From Perkinsus chesapeaki ATCC PRA-425 (Eukaryota; Protista; Perkinsozoa): DNA of 36,814 bases. Location: assembly GCA_013115145.1 (NCBI GenBank), contig JAAPAO010000358.1:1-36814 (forward strand), given 5' to 3'. Position 1 is the stretch's first letter. Every line of letters starts with the position of its first letter. The notes beneath the pieces were generated by a model, which worked only from the letters and a program-made list of their open reading frames with translations, was not told the DNA's origin and searched no databases. This document shows, one piece after another, positions 1 through 11,300 of this stretch. Position numbers and translations under genes: made by a program.

Positions 1-32
1 GGATTTTCGTTTGAACCTATTCCACATACTGA

Positions 33-1519
33 GTTAAATTTTCGGGGCACTTTGAATTTTGGCCACACCGTGCGACCGATCAGAAATGGTTTTTGGATGA
101 ATGCACCAAGCTCGATGCAATGCTAGGAAGGATGCTACTGAACGCTTCTAGGTCGACTCCTGCGGAGCTGATGGCCAAGGCGGCAGCGGCAGTAGCTAGA
201 CCCACCTGGTGGGAGGCAAGGCTGAGAGTGGCGAAATACTGGCTGCACCGCAGCACAGCCGACCAACCTGGCTGGCTTACAAAGCTGGTCAAGAAATGGG
301 GGGCAAGATCTCCGATGGCACACAAAGAGCACTTCGTTAAATCGGACTGGGACCCACCGGAGGGCCTAAAAATAAACGTCGATAAGGACTATGGATGGAC
401 ATTGGAGCCCGATCGGAACCTGATAATATTCAGCGACGGATCGCTAGTAGATGATCGCAGGCGGAATATCCAGGCCGGAACAGGACTAGTAAGAGTGGGC
501 TCTGAAGTGAACCGACAAAGGGAGTGGCTGGCAGAGTACAGGGCCTACAAAATAACACAGCCAGCGAACATCTGCCAGGCCGAGCTTTTGGGAATCCTCC
601 AATCGCTAATATGGGCTGAACAGAGAGAGGAATCCAGAATCAGCATCTTCCTAGACTCCAGAGCAGCGATACTGGCAGTGAAAGGAGAACGGGAAACGGA
701 ACTAATAAGGAGGATCAGAAGACTCATCGATAACATCGCGGCGAAGGGGAGGGCGATTGAGATAAACTGGACAAAAGGGCATGGGGGGAACCCGCCGAAC
801 GAAGCTGCCGACTGGGCAGCCAATTATGGCAGAAGGGGCGGGCCAGGATCGGTGAAGGTGGACTACATCCCAACACCGGTAGCCTACACCGCAAGGGAGA
901 TCAACATAGCGGCGGAAACCGAGCTGGAACAGCGCTGGGAGAGAAAGGGTAAGGGCCTGGCCTGCAACAGGATAGGTCTCTCAATGGGACCGAAGCAGAT
1001 GGCCGCAATAATGCGGAACTCACTGAGATTGAAGACGGCAGACCGCAAGAAGCTATGGGAACTTATAACCTATCACGGAAACGTGAGAGGATACAAGGGA
1101 AGGAGCAAGCAGTACACCGGGCAAAGCACCGGATGCAGGTACTGCAACGCAGAGAAGGAGACAATAGCCCACTGGCTCTGGTGCGAGGCACCAAAAATGA
1201 GGATGTTGAGGGGAAAGTGCTTCCGATCAGGAAGTCCTGCACATGCTGGCAAGGGCTCCTCTCCAACTGTCAATGCCTTAAGGCTAGTCCGCGAGGCAGT
1301 CTGTGGAGGGGGAATTAAGCTTAGGCAATTGACTAAGTTCCTAAGGGCAGTGGTACCAGACTGGTCATCCGGGGGGGACCAGGCTGTCCACGACTCCCGA
1401 AACGGGACATCAACCTCAGGGTTGAATTAGCGGGCAAGTCCCGCGGAGCGAGCGGGTATACTGCCAATTAGAATGCAGGGATTACCGCACTTGAGCTCCA
1501 CAAACAAACAAACAAACAA
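33..1519 (+). mobile_element. Non-LTR retrotransposon, 3' portion (post-RT linker, RNase H, Zn knuckle, short 3' UTR, (ACAA)5 tail); 5' junction unresolved
   Basis: The frame is open from about 33 to the stop at 1430. It has the linker 'RMLLNASRSTP', then RNase H and CCHC-type motifs, a ~70-nt UTR and an (ACAA)5 tail at 1500-1519. In-frame stops lie upstream of 33. Confidence 0.85.
93..1430 (+). CDS. C-terminal part of retrotransposon ORF2: RNase H domain plus Zn knuckle
   Basis: RNase H catalytic motifs IFSDGS, QAELLGI, FLDSRAAI and WTKGH..N..NEAAD; C-terminal CRYC..ETIAHWLWC. Confidence 0.9.
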   Translation: MDECTKLDAMLGRMLLNASRSTPAELMAKAAAAVARPTWWEARLRVAKYWLHRSTADQPGWLTKLVKKWGARSPMAHKEHFVKSDWDPPEGLKINVDKDYGWTLEPDRNLIIFSDGSLVDDRRRNIQAGTGLVRVGSEVNRQREWLAEYRAYKITQPANICQAELLGILQSLIWAEQREESRISIFLDSRAAILAVKGERETELIRRIRRLIDNIAAKGRAIEINWTKGHGGNPPNEAADWAANYGRRGGPGSVKVDYIPTPVAYTAREINIAAETELEQRWERKGKGLACNRIGLSMGPKQMAAIMRNSLRLKTADRKKLWELITYHGNVRGYKGRSKQYTGQSTGCRYCNAEKETIAHWLWCEAPKMRMLRGKCFRSGSPAHAGKGSSPTVNALRLVREAVCGGGIKLRQLTKFLRAVVPDWSSGGDQAVHDSRNGTSTSGLN

Positions 1520-2109
1520 CTCCTACAACCACTACAACCACTACAACCACTACAACCACTACAACCACTACAACCACTACAACCACTACAACTACTACAA
1601 CCACTACAACTACTACAACTACTACAACCACTACAACCACTACAACCACTACAACCATTACAACCACTACAACCACCACGACCACTGCAACCACTACTCG
1701 GCCCCATGAGCCAGTCGTTGATAAATGTGAATTCCAGCGCAGGTTATACGAGTGTCGTGAAGATAGGGTTCCGCCGATATGCAGAGGCCTCTACTGGACC
1801 GACTCAACTTTCAAGCATATGTGTTTCGATGAGGGAGATGGTAAATGTGGCTATGGTAAGGCCAACAGGCCAGTAAGATGCAAGAGGACGACTCCCCCAA
1901 CTCCTTACAAGCCTCGCAACTCATGTGATGTATTCTGTAACGAGCACGGCAACAATCTCTGTGCGAAGGAAGGTTATCACATCGAGTGCAGGCGTGATAA
2001 TCACGTCTGTCGAGGACTTTACACTGACAGATATAGGTCTGGTATTTGTCTCGACCCTGTGGATCAGAATTGTGGTGACAGTCCGTTTAGCGTCGCTGTG
2101 AGATGTTGA
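1516..2109 (+). pseudogene. 5'-truncated paralog of the Cys-rich mucin-like gene (poly-Thr stalk plus two Cys modules), lacking start and signal peptide in this window
   Basis: The frame of ORF 1819-2109 is open upstream to a TGA at 1492 and reads TTP-T(n)-ATTTRPHEPVVDKCEFQRRLYECREDRVPPICRGLYW.... It is near-identical to 5208-5567. Confidence 0.85.
1523..1686 (+). repeat. (ACTACAACC)n 9-bp tandem repeat encoding about 54 consecutive Thr codons (one Ile)
   Basis: Read directly; in frame with the downstream Cys modules. Confidence 0.95.
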
Positions 2110-2222
2110 TCAAATGAGTTTCTTAGGACTCTCACTACCTGCCTGACGCCATCAGGCTCATGGCAATTCTGTTGTTTGTTGATCTTGCCTACTAGAAATC
2201 TAGTACGAGCCTGCTGAACAGA

Positions 2223-2244
2223 CCCTGTTCAACAGGGCCTGTTG
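2223..2244. other. 22-bp double palindrome (candidate hAT excision footprint; inferred TSD CCCTGTTG)
   Basis: C CCTGTT [C] AACAGG [G] CCTGTT G. Confidence 0.7.
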
Positions 2245-3040
2245 GACTTGAGTCTTGAACAGCAAGCTTGTTGCGTTTGTATTGAGTCAAACAGAATTTC
2301 GTTGTCGACTCAGCGGCGCTGAGTCAGCCCTACAAAGTACCAGACAGTCGCATGACAGTTTCTCGGAATGTGTACATGAAGCGGCTATCCTTAACTCTAG
2401 TAACTAGAGTCTCCGTGAATTGAGGTAATCATATATCCGGATTCCTAAAAGTTTACCCTGCTGCTCCAGGTCGATCTCATAGTAACTCAATTCTATCATC
2501 TTCAGTGATAATGATAATAAAAATGAAGGGATAAGTGGTTATTCTGTCTAACCAACTAATTTATGTACTCGTGTGCCATTATACGTATACGTAGCTCTAT
2601 ACGTTATCCACTGTAGCTTCGAGTGACAAGTGCAAGTAACTACAAGTAAAATTTACTTAGTCAACAAGTTGGATTCCGCGGACAGCAACAACCCATCATA
2701 GTCGGTTCACCCGACTCGGGTGGAATAAAAGTTGGCGGCAGATGAATTGCTTTCCCTGGTCCATGCTCTCCGTCTCAGCCCTTCTCTGGACCTCTCGGAT
2801 CCATAGAGAGTTCTGCTGGCGGGAGTTCAAGAATGAGAACAGGCGCTGGCTGGACTCCCATATCGAGGAAGTTATGAACACATCTGTTCCTGCTGGTGTC
2901 ATAATGTCAAGCACCGTCTCGGCATAGCTCGTATCGACAACTTGTCGATCGCCTGCTCAGCTATGCCGAGACGGTTGTCGACGACAACGTAATGTATACT
3001 ATCACTCCGAATATTGCTCAATATATTAGATATTAAAAAG

Positions 3041-3177
3041 GTGTAGATTCTACACTGTAGAATAGGACAGACGTGCAAGAACATGGAATACTGCGATCTG
3101 ATGTCAATCAATGATTGACAATCATTCAGCAATTAAGTTCTTCTAATTAATACTCACTCTCCGGGAGAGTCTCTCCC
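3041..3177. other. Three 22-bp double palindromes at 3041-3062, 3104-3125 and 3156-3177 (candidate hAT footprints)
   Basis: G TGTAGA[T]TCTACA[C]TGTAGA A; T CAATCA[A]TGATTG[A]CAATCA T; A CTCTCC[G]GGAGAG[T]CTCTCC C. Confidence 0.7.
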
Positions 3178-4622
3178 ACTAACACAGTTTGAAATTGAGA
3201 GTCCCACCAATTGACACATGACGGGCGGAATGAAGTTGTCAATTCTACTCCGCTAGTCATGTGTGAATTACTGTTGTAACCAACTCTCACGAGAACTCAA
3301 TTCACGGACTCTAATTACTTTTGACACCCTTCAGATCACAGCGATCAGATCACTTGTGTAGGAGATGCTGTCGCGCTATGAGAGGAGTAGCGTCGAGGAG
3401 AGACTCTCTCGAAACAAGTCTTATGAAAACTGCCTATGAAGAGCCAAGTAATCACGACACGACAAGTCTAAAACAATAATGATTTGGTAGTTTCAATCAA
3501 CGTATGCGCGAATGTCACGCAAGCGCCCAACGCGGGGGCGCACAATTTTCTGCGCCCCACACAACAGCAGAAATCTCTGGCATAACAGAGGTTCACGGAC
3601 ACAGGACCTATCAATAACACATTACCACAGTGTCATGTCTACTAAGTCATTATCTAGTAAAATTGCTTCAGCGCAGAAAGGGGATGTCGAGCTGCTTATT
3701 AATTATTTTGATTATTGGACCAGGTTTACCCGAGGTGAAGGCCATACTGGGAAACAGCAATACTCGTCCTGCTTGACGGTATTCTTGCCTCACTTTGGTT
3801 TCTTGAGTTCCCTGATGGTTAACAGCCGGACATACCGCGCGCAAGTTTGAGGGCTGCATTGCACTAGAATACATTCCAAATATCACAAATTGCGGCCCAC
3901 AATTTGTAATTCACAAACCCAGGATGGTGGTAACTCTGTTTCGCTCTTACCAGTTTTGTGCGCTGAGGAGGGGCTCCACGCGCGTGGTACTATAGGGCGA
4001 TATAACACTGCGTTTCTGGCCCATTCAGAGCCTATTTCCGTCTACAAGATTCCCAATTTTATTATACCGAACTTTGCCAAACATTCTCTCAGACTTCCGG
4101 TTCATCAACTCACTATATAAAGTAGACAAAAAAAGCACGAAGTGGCGCGGAGCTGATTTGTTTCACTGTCTCCAAATATTGAATTACAAGACGGAAGAGA
4201 CCTCCACAGGAACTCGCGACGATTCATCCGGGGGTGATGAATAAATCGGCCACAAGGACCATCCCAGCTCCGCTTTGTACGTATTAGGCTCTACTATACT
4301 ATGTGTCCACGCTCAAGCTGAAAAAGATACCGCCGTTCCACGGGTGGTGGCGTTGGCTAGTGTTATGCTAGCCAATCGATGTATGCTGCTTCACAAGCTC
4401 CATAGTGCTCCTTTCTGGTCGCTTATAGTACGGTAGCTAAAGTCGCAAATATGACATTTGCTCGAAATAGGCCTCTCGTGGCTGCATACAACCCTCCATG
4501 TCATGGGGACATAATACTCCCGGCGCACAGGGCACGAAGTGTATAAGCGTGACGCCGTGCCTCAAGCTGATTTAATCGACACATTTCCGTTTATTAACCC
4601 TGGAGCGGTTGCTCTCTTTGTT

Positions 4623-5567
4623 ATGATGAAATCTTTTTACTTAGGTGCAGTCGCCCTGGTTCTTTCTAGTTCTCTGGGTGACTCTGATATTGCAAGGGAC
4701 TGCAAATCATTCTGTGACCAGTACAGCGAGGGTGCTTGTACTCGTCATGGTGGTGATTTTAAATGTCTGCGTGGGGAGCTCGTTAACTCCTGCTCCATGC
4801 TGTTCTGGACTGATTCCGCGAAGACTAAAATATGTATTGATGTAGAAGGTGGTGGATGTGTGCATTCTGCAATGAAGATTCCGGTAGAATGTGGAGGCAA
4901 CCCTTCTACCGTTACTACTGCACCCTGCCCGACAACAACTCCTGCACCCTGCCCGACAACCACTCCTGCACCCTGCCCGACAACCACTCCTGCACCCTGC
5001 CCGACAACCACTCCTGCTCCCTGCCCGACCACTACCACTACTCCTGCTCCCTGCCCGACAACTACAACTACTCCTGCGCCCTGCCCGACAACTACAACTA
5101 CTCCTGCTCCCTGCCCGACTACTACCACTACTCCTGGACCCTGCCCGACCACTACTCCTCAGCCTGAGCCCGTCGTTGATGAGTGTAAATTCAACAACAA
5201 ATTGTATGAGTGTCGTGAAGATAGGGTTCCGCCGATATGCAGAGGCCTCTACTGGACCGACTCAACTTTCAAGCATATGTGTTTCGATGAGGGAGATGGT
5301 AAATGTGGCTATGGTAAGGCCAACAGGCCAGTAAGATGCAAGGGGACGACTCCCCCAACTCCTTACAAGCCTCGCAACTCATGTGATGTATTCTGTAACG
5401 AGCACGGCAACAATCTCTGTGCGAAGGAAGGTTATCACATCGAGTGCAGGCGTGATAATCACGTCTGTCGAGGACTTTACACTGACAGATATAGGTCTGG
5501 TATTTGTCTCGACCCTATCGATCAGAATTGCGGTGCCAGTCCGTTTAGCGTCCCTGTAAGTTGCTGA
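4623..5567 (+). CDS. Intronless secreted Cys-rich mucin-like protein (signal peptide, Cys module 1, PAPCPTTT stalk, Cys modules 2 and 3), about 314 aa
   Basis: Likely start MMKSFYLGAVALVLSSSLG (hydrophobic signal) at 4623; three ~55-65 aa modules with a (G/M)L(Y/F)(W/T)...IC...C...PVxC pattern; Thr/Pro stalk. Confidence 0.85.
   Translation: MMKSFYLGAVALVLSSSLGDSDIARDCKSFCDQYSEGACTRHGGDFKCLRGELVNSCSMLFWTDSAKTKICIDVEGGGCVHSAMKIPVECGGNPSTVTTAPCPTTTPAPCPTTTPAPCPTTTPAPCPTTTPAPCPTTTTTPAPCPTTTTTPAPCPTTTTTPAPCPTTTTTPGPCPTTTPQPEPVVDECKFNNKLYECREDRVPPICRGLYWTDSTFKHMCFDEGDGKCGYGKANRPVRCKGTTPPTPYKPRNSCDVFCNEHGNNLCAKEGYHIECRRDNHVCRGLYTDRYRSGICLDPIDQNCGASPFSVPVSC
4917..5160 (+). repeat. Eight-unit coding tandem repeat (24-bp PAPCPTTT and 30-bp PAPCPTTTTT units)
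   Basis: Read directly in ORF 4539-5567. Confidence 0.95.
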
Positions 5568-5792
5568 ACCCCTTAAGCCTGCCATTACCTGCCTGATGGC
5601 GGTTTTCGCTCTATTTGGCTTCTCCGCGATTTCTTATACGTGGGTTCAGAGAGCTTGTTAGACTTGAGTCTATAATCGCTTTGTTGCAATGTGTTGCGTT
5701 TGTTTGTTAATCATGAGTATCTAATATTGGATCATACTCACATATCGGCATCTTCTGGTGGACTGTTGTGTGTATAGCAGTTGTGCTGTGGA

Positions 5793-5814
5793 GTCTACAC
5801 TGTAGACTCTACAG
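5793..5814. other. 22-bp double palindrome (inferred TSD GTCTACAG), followed by further palindromes to 5851
   Basis: G TCTACA[C]TGTAGA[C]TCTACA G; then ACAGGGTTTAC[T]GTAAACCCTGT and CCTGTGT[A]ACACAGG. Confidence 0.7.
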
Positions 5815-6140
5815 GGTTTACTGTAAACCCTGTGTAACACAGGAAATTTCCGGAAACGTTTTCGGGAATTCCGACGAATTGGCAATCCGCAATGAAACAT
5901 GAAAAACTGGCCATTTTTTCAATGGAGATGGGCACTTTACCCGGATACGGTGACGGTACGGTACGAGTTGGGGAAAGAAGTACGGTTTGCTGTACGGCGG
6001 CCGCAGCTGCACGGGTTCAACTTCCTGGGAGCCCCTCCAACTTATACCAACACAACATACTATAGTTCTAGAACCGAAACTGTCGAAATCAAAAAGCACT
6101 CTGTCTGTTATTTGATGCAAATACACAATTATCCGAGATG

Positions 6141-6411
6141 CTAGTGAGAGCCGAGGAGAATCTGGACTGTTTCTGGGAGCCGCGGCTTGAAGCCGCGAGC
6201 TTCGATCTCGTCAACTTCATCGATTTCTTCTGTCCCATCTCGAATACCGTAGTAATTCATTAGCAGTCTGAGAGTCTGCTTCACTCTCTTCACGACTCCC
6301 GTTACTGCTGTATCGAGGATCAAGAAAAGTAGAAGCGACACATAAATGGCTACGTACATGCTCAGGTTTCAGAGCAAAATCGAAATAGTCTTCCAGAGAG
6401 GGGATTAGCAA
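6141..6411 (-). mobile_element. Possible degenerate hAT transposase fragment
   Basis: SLEDYFDFAL...LCVASTFLDPRY (6310-6336 for ASTFLDPRY) resembles the conserved hAT 'AtxLDPRxK' motif. No dimerisation domain was recognised. Confidence 0.35.
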
Positions 6412-8384
6412 CTTACAACACCGAGCAACCCTAGACTGGCCGTGACTCCGTTTTCCTAGCAGAGTGAGGATGATATGGTATAGTGCAAGCTTGAAGAACG
6501 CATATTCGTGTAGCTCTTATCCGTACAGTTGCAACACATACAGTTTTGAGCCGTACAGTTGCGTTTGGTACAGTGTTATGTCATCTTTTTGCACTTCGTA
6601 CAGTGCCATCTCGTACAGTATTAAATCGCACAGTGTCCACACATGTTATTCTCTCTCAGAGAGATAACATTGCTTCAGCCTTTTTAGACCTGCCTTCTAC
6701 TTCTTGTCGAGCCTTGCATAACAATTCGTGCCCCCTAATGCCAGTAAGGCTGGCCCGACTCATCTTGATAACTTTCTTGCAGCGTGCCTTATCGGGAGCT
6801 CAAGTTGAAGGCGTCAGAGGGTTGAGGTATACTACTACAGAATCTGTACTCTGGTGTAATCCTATAATATGATTCCTATTGCCCATCTTCTCAAACGATG
6901 CCTGCCCTTAGCGCCTGAGACACTTCGCCCACCCCTGTCATGTTTTTCTCACACATATAGCAATACGAGGTATACTCTAGCGCTCCTTCAATAATAAGCT
7001 CGTGTGTTACTGGCATGTTAGGCCATTAGCGATACCACAGAGCTTCTAGACCAGAGGCGGGGTGTGCGGCACACCGTGTGCCACTCGATTTTTCACTAAC
7101 ATAATCAAAACGTTTGCCCAGATGCTTTAAAATCCTTTCGTAGAAAACGCTCATGAACCCCTACAACAAGTTTAACCTCTCTAGGTCCTCGGAAGCTGGG
7201 CATTCTATTATATTTGGTATCGAAGCCGACTTTTACTTCGAATCCATTCGAGTTTGGAGGTCGGCTTTGAACTCGCTGAGCTCGCTCCCACTCGTTTGAA
7301 GAGATACCGAGTTTTAAGCAAGCTTCGTATAGACGGCCTCAGAACTCGAGGGATACTATCATTGTTTGTGAGAATGAACCGCACTCCTCAAACCGGGCAT
7401 CACATTGTTATCATACGAATAAGATGCGTCCATGTTAAAATGTTGCGAAAACGGCTTACTCTTGTCTACATTTTCTCAATTGTGTTCGTCTTTCTTTCAA
7501 GCGAACCTCCAAACCACTCCACTACAGTGTTTTATTCTCGTTATGGTTCGCATAGAAATATCTTAACACGTGGCAGTCCCGCACATGAGAGGAGGCTCCC
7601 GCCGCAGCCATTCTGTAGCCCACCTTCTCATCATCAACCCTATCAGTTGTTCAGCATTAAACTCCCACCGAGCATGGCCTAACTTCACCTCACATATACA
7701 ATTAGTCGCTGAATGCTTCCGTATATTTCTGATCGCGGTGGAGGGTAACGGTGTGTGTAACAGTCATAGTTTTGAAATCCAAGTACGAGAAAGATGCTAT
7801 TGTCTGTTGCATTTTGAGGTAGTGCAACACTACTTCGAGTAGCTCGCTTATTTTCAATGGTACTGTCTGTAGTGCTTGCTATAAAATAGTCGAGGTTATC
7901 TCTTTATCTCAACTTGTCATTGACAAGTAACATCTACAAGCCAACCAAAGGTTTACGATTGCGTAAGAACTCGGTTTTCCACTATATTTCTCGGGTTTCA
8001 CGGAAAGGTCACAATTCTCCATAAATGACGATGAACGGATTTCTTGCCGTTGCTCCTGAAGCTCGTGAGACGAGGAAATCTTGTTGGAGAAAATTCGGGC
8101 TGGTTTTTGAAGAAGATAATTTCAGGTGATAGAGCAGCATATGATGACGCTAGGTTCAGAAGGAATGTATTTGATGTTTCCTATCGGTCCAGGAGTATAT
8201 TGCCATTCGGAACGCACTAGGAACACTCCCCCATGCGGCTCTGCTACTCAATACTGTATATTGTCCGTCCGGTGCGGTTGTGGTGCATTACAGCGAGTTC
8301 ACTTTTGGAACAGCCTCGAATGATGAGTGTTTTGATTGGTAGTTAATGACTTGATTAAACACAACAACAACAAGTGAGAAATTT

Positions 8385-11300
8385 TCATAGGAAGTCTTCA
8401 GTTTCGGATACCTACATAAAGTGACCGGGTGGCATAAAAATGAAAAAAATAAATAAAAGTAATAAATAAATGTCACAAGGTGGCATGAAAGTAATATATT
8501 AATGTAATGAGGAGGTGGGTGCCTAAAATATCTCACCAATCCTGATAATGCATCATCCTGGTCAGATTCTTCACCATTCGGATCGAATTCCCCATCATCT
8601 TCATCGTCACTTCCAAACTCTTCGTTTTGAAGTCGCCAGATAGGATTGCTAAAATTCATTTCGAATTTCAATGCGCGCGGTCAAGTTTGTACCGTCTCAT
8701 TATCTCTCGCATTTCACTTGCCTCTCGCTCAACTTCACTCTCCGTCACCTCCAATATTCCATCTCGCCGCCGAGGCCTGACAGATATCCGAGGTTGAAGC
8801 TTGCAGGATACGAAAGAGCTCAGCATACCGCTTCGACGCAGCTCTCTCGTCTCCACCAGCTAGCGATGTCAGCCCAATCTGAAGGCCCTAGGAAGAAACG
8901 CTGATAAAATCGATCACGTAATCGGTTTACCGCATTCATATAGTCATCGTCTTCTTCGTCTTCCTCCTCCTCCTCCTCATCATCATCATCATCATCCAAG
9001 CTGCTAAGATCGGCCGGCGTTCCCACAGCACCTTGAGATGATATCCCGCCCGAGCCGGAACCAACTACCATCGAACCTGACCGACAACCATAGCACTTGC
9101 AAGGCGGTGGTACGAAGTGGAATCTAAAGCGTGATGATATGAAGTAAAATGAAGATTATGGAACAGTGGATGTTATTAGTTACCATACCAGCACATGGAA
9201 CTGGCAGAGTGTCGCTGGAGGCTATAAGCCTGTTGCTATACTTCTTTGCATCAGCCTTTCGAGCAACGGTTCAAAAGTTGAAACATCTACCCAGTGAACT
9301 CGGAACCGATAACAAGGTTCCTGACTGACTCGTTGTTGAAGCCTTCTCCTATTAGAAAGCGAGAAGAGCCACCAAAAACCGCACCCGGTAGAATTTGGAT
9401 ATCTCAAAGACTTACCAGAATCTTCTTCCGCTTCATCTCCATCATCATGGTCTTGGAAACAACTATTCGAAGGTGAACGGACCGATCGTTGTTGGAAATC
9501 TAATACTCCTCGGGTAGCCTGAGCGTCTCAACTTATTTTGTATCTTGCACGCTTCAACCTTTGATTCCTCCAGCTCCTGTACTGCTTTCGCCATCTTATC
9601 TTCTACGCTTTTGCATGGCTGATTGCCGGCAAGAGCGATATGGAAATTTTCTGATGAAGATCCAACCCAGAGTTTCACGAAAGCCAGCATCATCGCGGGA
9701 ACATCCAAATCGATCGCCTGATCGATTTTTCCCGTATCAACCGTCACTTCTATTCGACACTAACCTCCTCATCTTCTTTCACGCGCGCCACAAAATTAAT
9801 CTGATTGTCGCTCAAATCAACCTCAGTGATTTTCCTCCGATTCTTCAACGCGAATAGTAAAGTGATAAATCTACGTTGAGGAAATACAAGATTCAACAAG
9901 ATCGCAAGATTACCTACCCAAAGGTCGAGATGTAATTTCCCATCAAACTCAGTGTCTCCAGCACCGGAAAATCTCCACACGAAATCGATTGCGCGATCGA
10001 ATATACGCCGGCATCGAAAAGGAAATTCTCATCGAGTTCAAGTCGCTTCAGATTCTGAAGATATCCAAATCGATCAACTGGGCGAGCGCTCTTTACAAAC
10101 CGCCATACCCGCAGTCTTGCACATGTCTGTGTAAGGTTAAATGCAACTCCGTCCAAAAATCGGAAGGGGATCTTCTCAGGAGGTCGAGCTTGACTTTCTA
10201 AAAATAAAAGATACGCCAAATCGATCGACCGTTTCGGTTACTCACCGAGATCTGTCACAAAATCGAGGCACGGATTTCCCGAGCTCAACCGGCGATTGCC
10301 TAGTTTTGTCGTCGACTCTGAATCCATTTTTTGCATCGCGCCAATATGACATTCCGAAATAACCTGCGTTAAGAAAATGCAAGATTGACCAAGATTTCAA
10401 GATTCTCACCAAGTTCTCCAACTTTCTTCCAGTTCGTCCAATCGCATTTATAAGTCGTAAGAAAGCATCTGAGTATTTTCCGACGTAAATTCGATCGTTC
10501 GTCATGATGCAGTGCGATCGTTTCCTGGCCGGCACTCTACCATCTTGACCTGCAACTAAAAGTGTTCGAATGTCCCACCACAGAGCAGCAGCAGCAGCAG
10601 CAGCAGTGTCACCACTGTCGTGTGAGGTTCATGAGGATACCCCAATGAGCCGCCTAGATACGGAATACAGCAAGACTTTACCAGACTACTCGCTATGTTC
10701 GGAGAATCGTATCGGCTGGAAAAATGCGAAACGGTTGATCGATTAGATTGAAGTGAATCATCGCCTACGAGGTTCAACTTGGAGGATTTATTTTTCCTAT
10801 TCGCAGCGCAGTTCTTTCTGCAAGGGTCATTCGGTTGCCTCTTACCGCCAGGGTCCCGCGTCATCACAGCGATGCAACAGTGGCATGTGGGGTTAGAGCA
10901 AATGATATTTTAACCTAATCTGGTGGCTTCAGAGTTCGATCAATTTCACTGCTTCCGAATAGGTTTGTTTCGTGTTTCGGAAATTCAGAGGCAAAAAGTC
11001 ATCGCGGCATTTTTACTCCCTAACAACACGTTCAACTTACTGTGCCACAATCGGGAAAGGTATGAGTTCCTCATCGTCGACGGGAAAAATATGCATTGTT
11101 CAAAGCGAAGAACTCGGAGATCGATGAAGTGAGGCAGGATTGATGATAAGAACTGAAAGGACCTTTGAATTATCTCGCATGCTTCAACCTAGGATACCAC
11201 TGGAAATTCTCCCTCAAATAGAAAGTTATGAGCTCTCATAAATTTTACCGGATTCATCATCGAATTCCATCTGTGCTGATTTCAACAAATGAGAAATGGC

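Noticed and set aside
1441-1453. GCGGAGCGAGCG in the retrotransposon 3' UTR, similar to the intronic 19-mer
   Set aside because: The match is too short and gapped to support a shared origin.
1468-1709. ORFs encoding poly-Val, (HYN)n and (CSG)n
   Set aside because: These are alternative frames of the Thr-codon repeat; only the poly-Thr frame joins the Cys modules.
4745-5334. Antisense and alternate-frame ORFs (VVVGQGAG, LHPARQ repeats)
   Set aside because: Shadows of the mucin-like CDS repeat.
6464-6872. Tyr-Ser-repeat ORFs
   Set aside because: Translation of the degenerate CGTACAG repeat; no domain evidence.
7254-8323. ORFs of 65-142 aa between the mucin gene and the F-box gene
   Set aside because: No recognisable motifs and no supporting exon structure.
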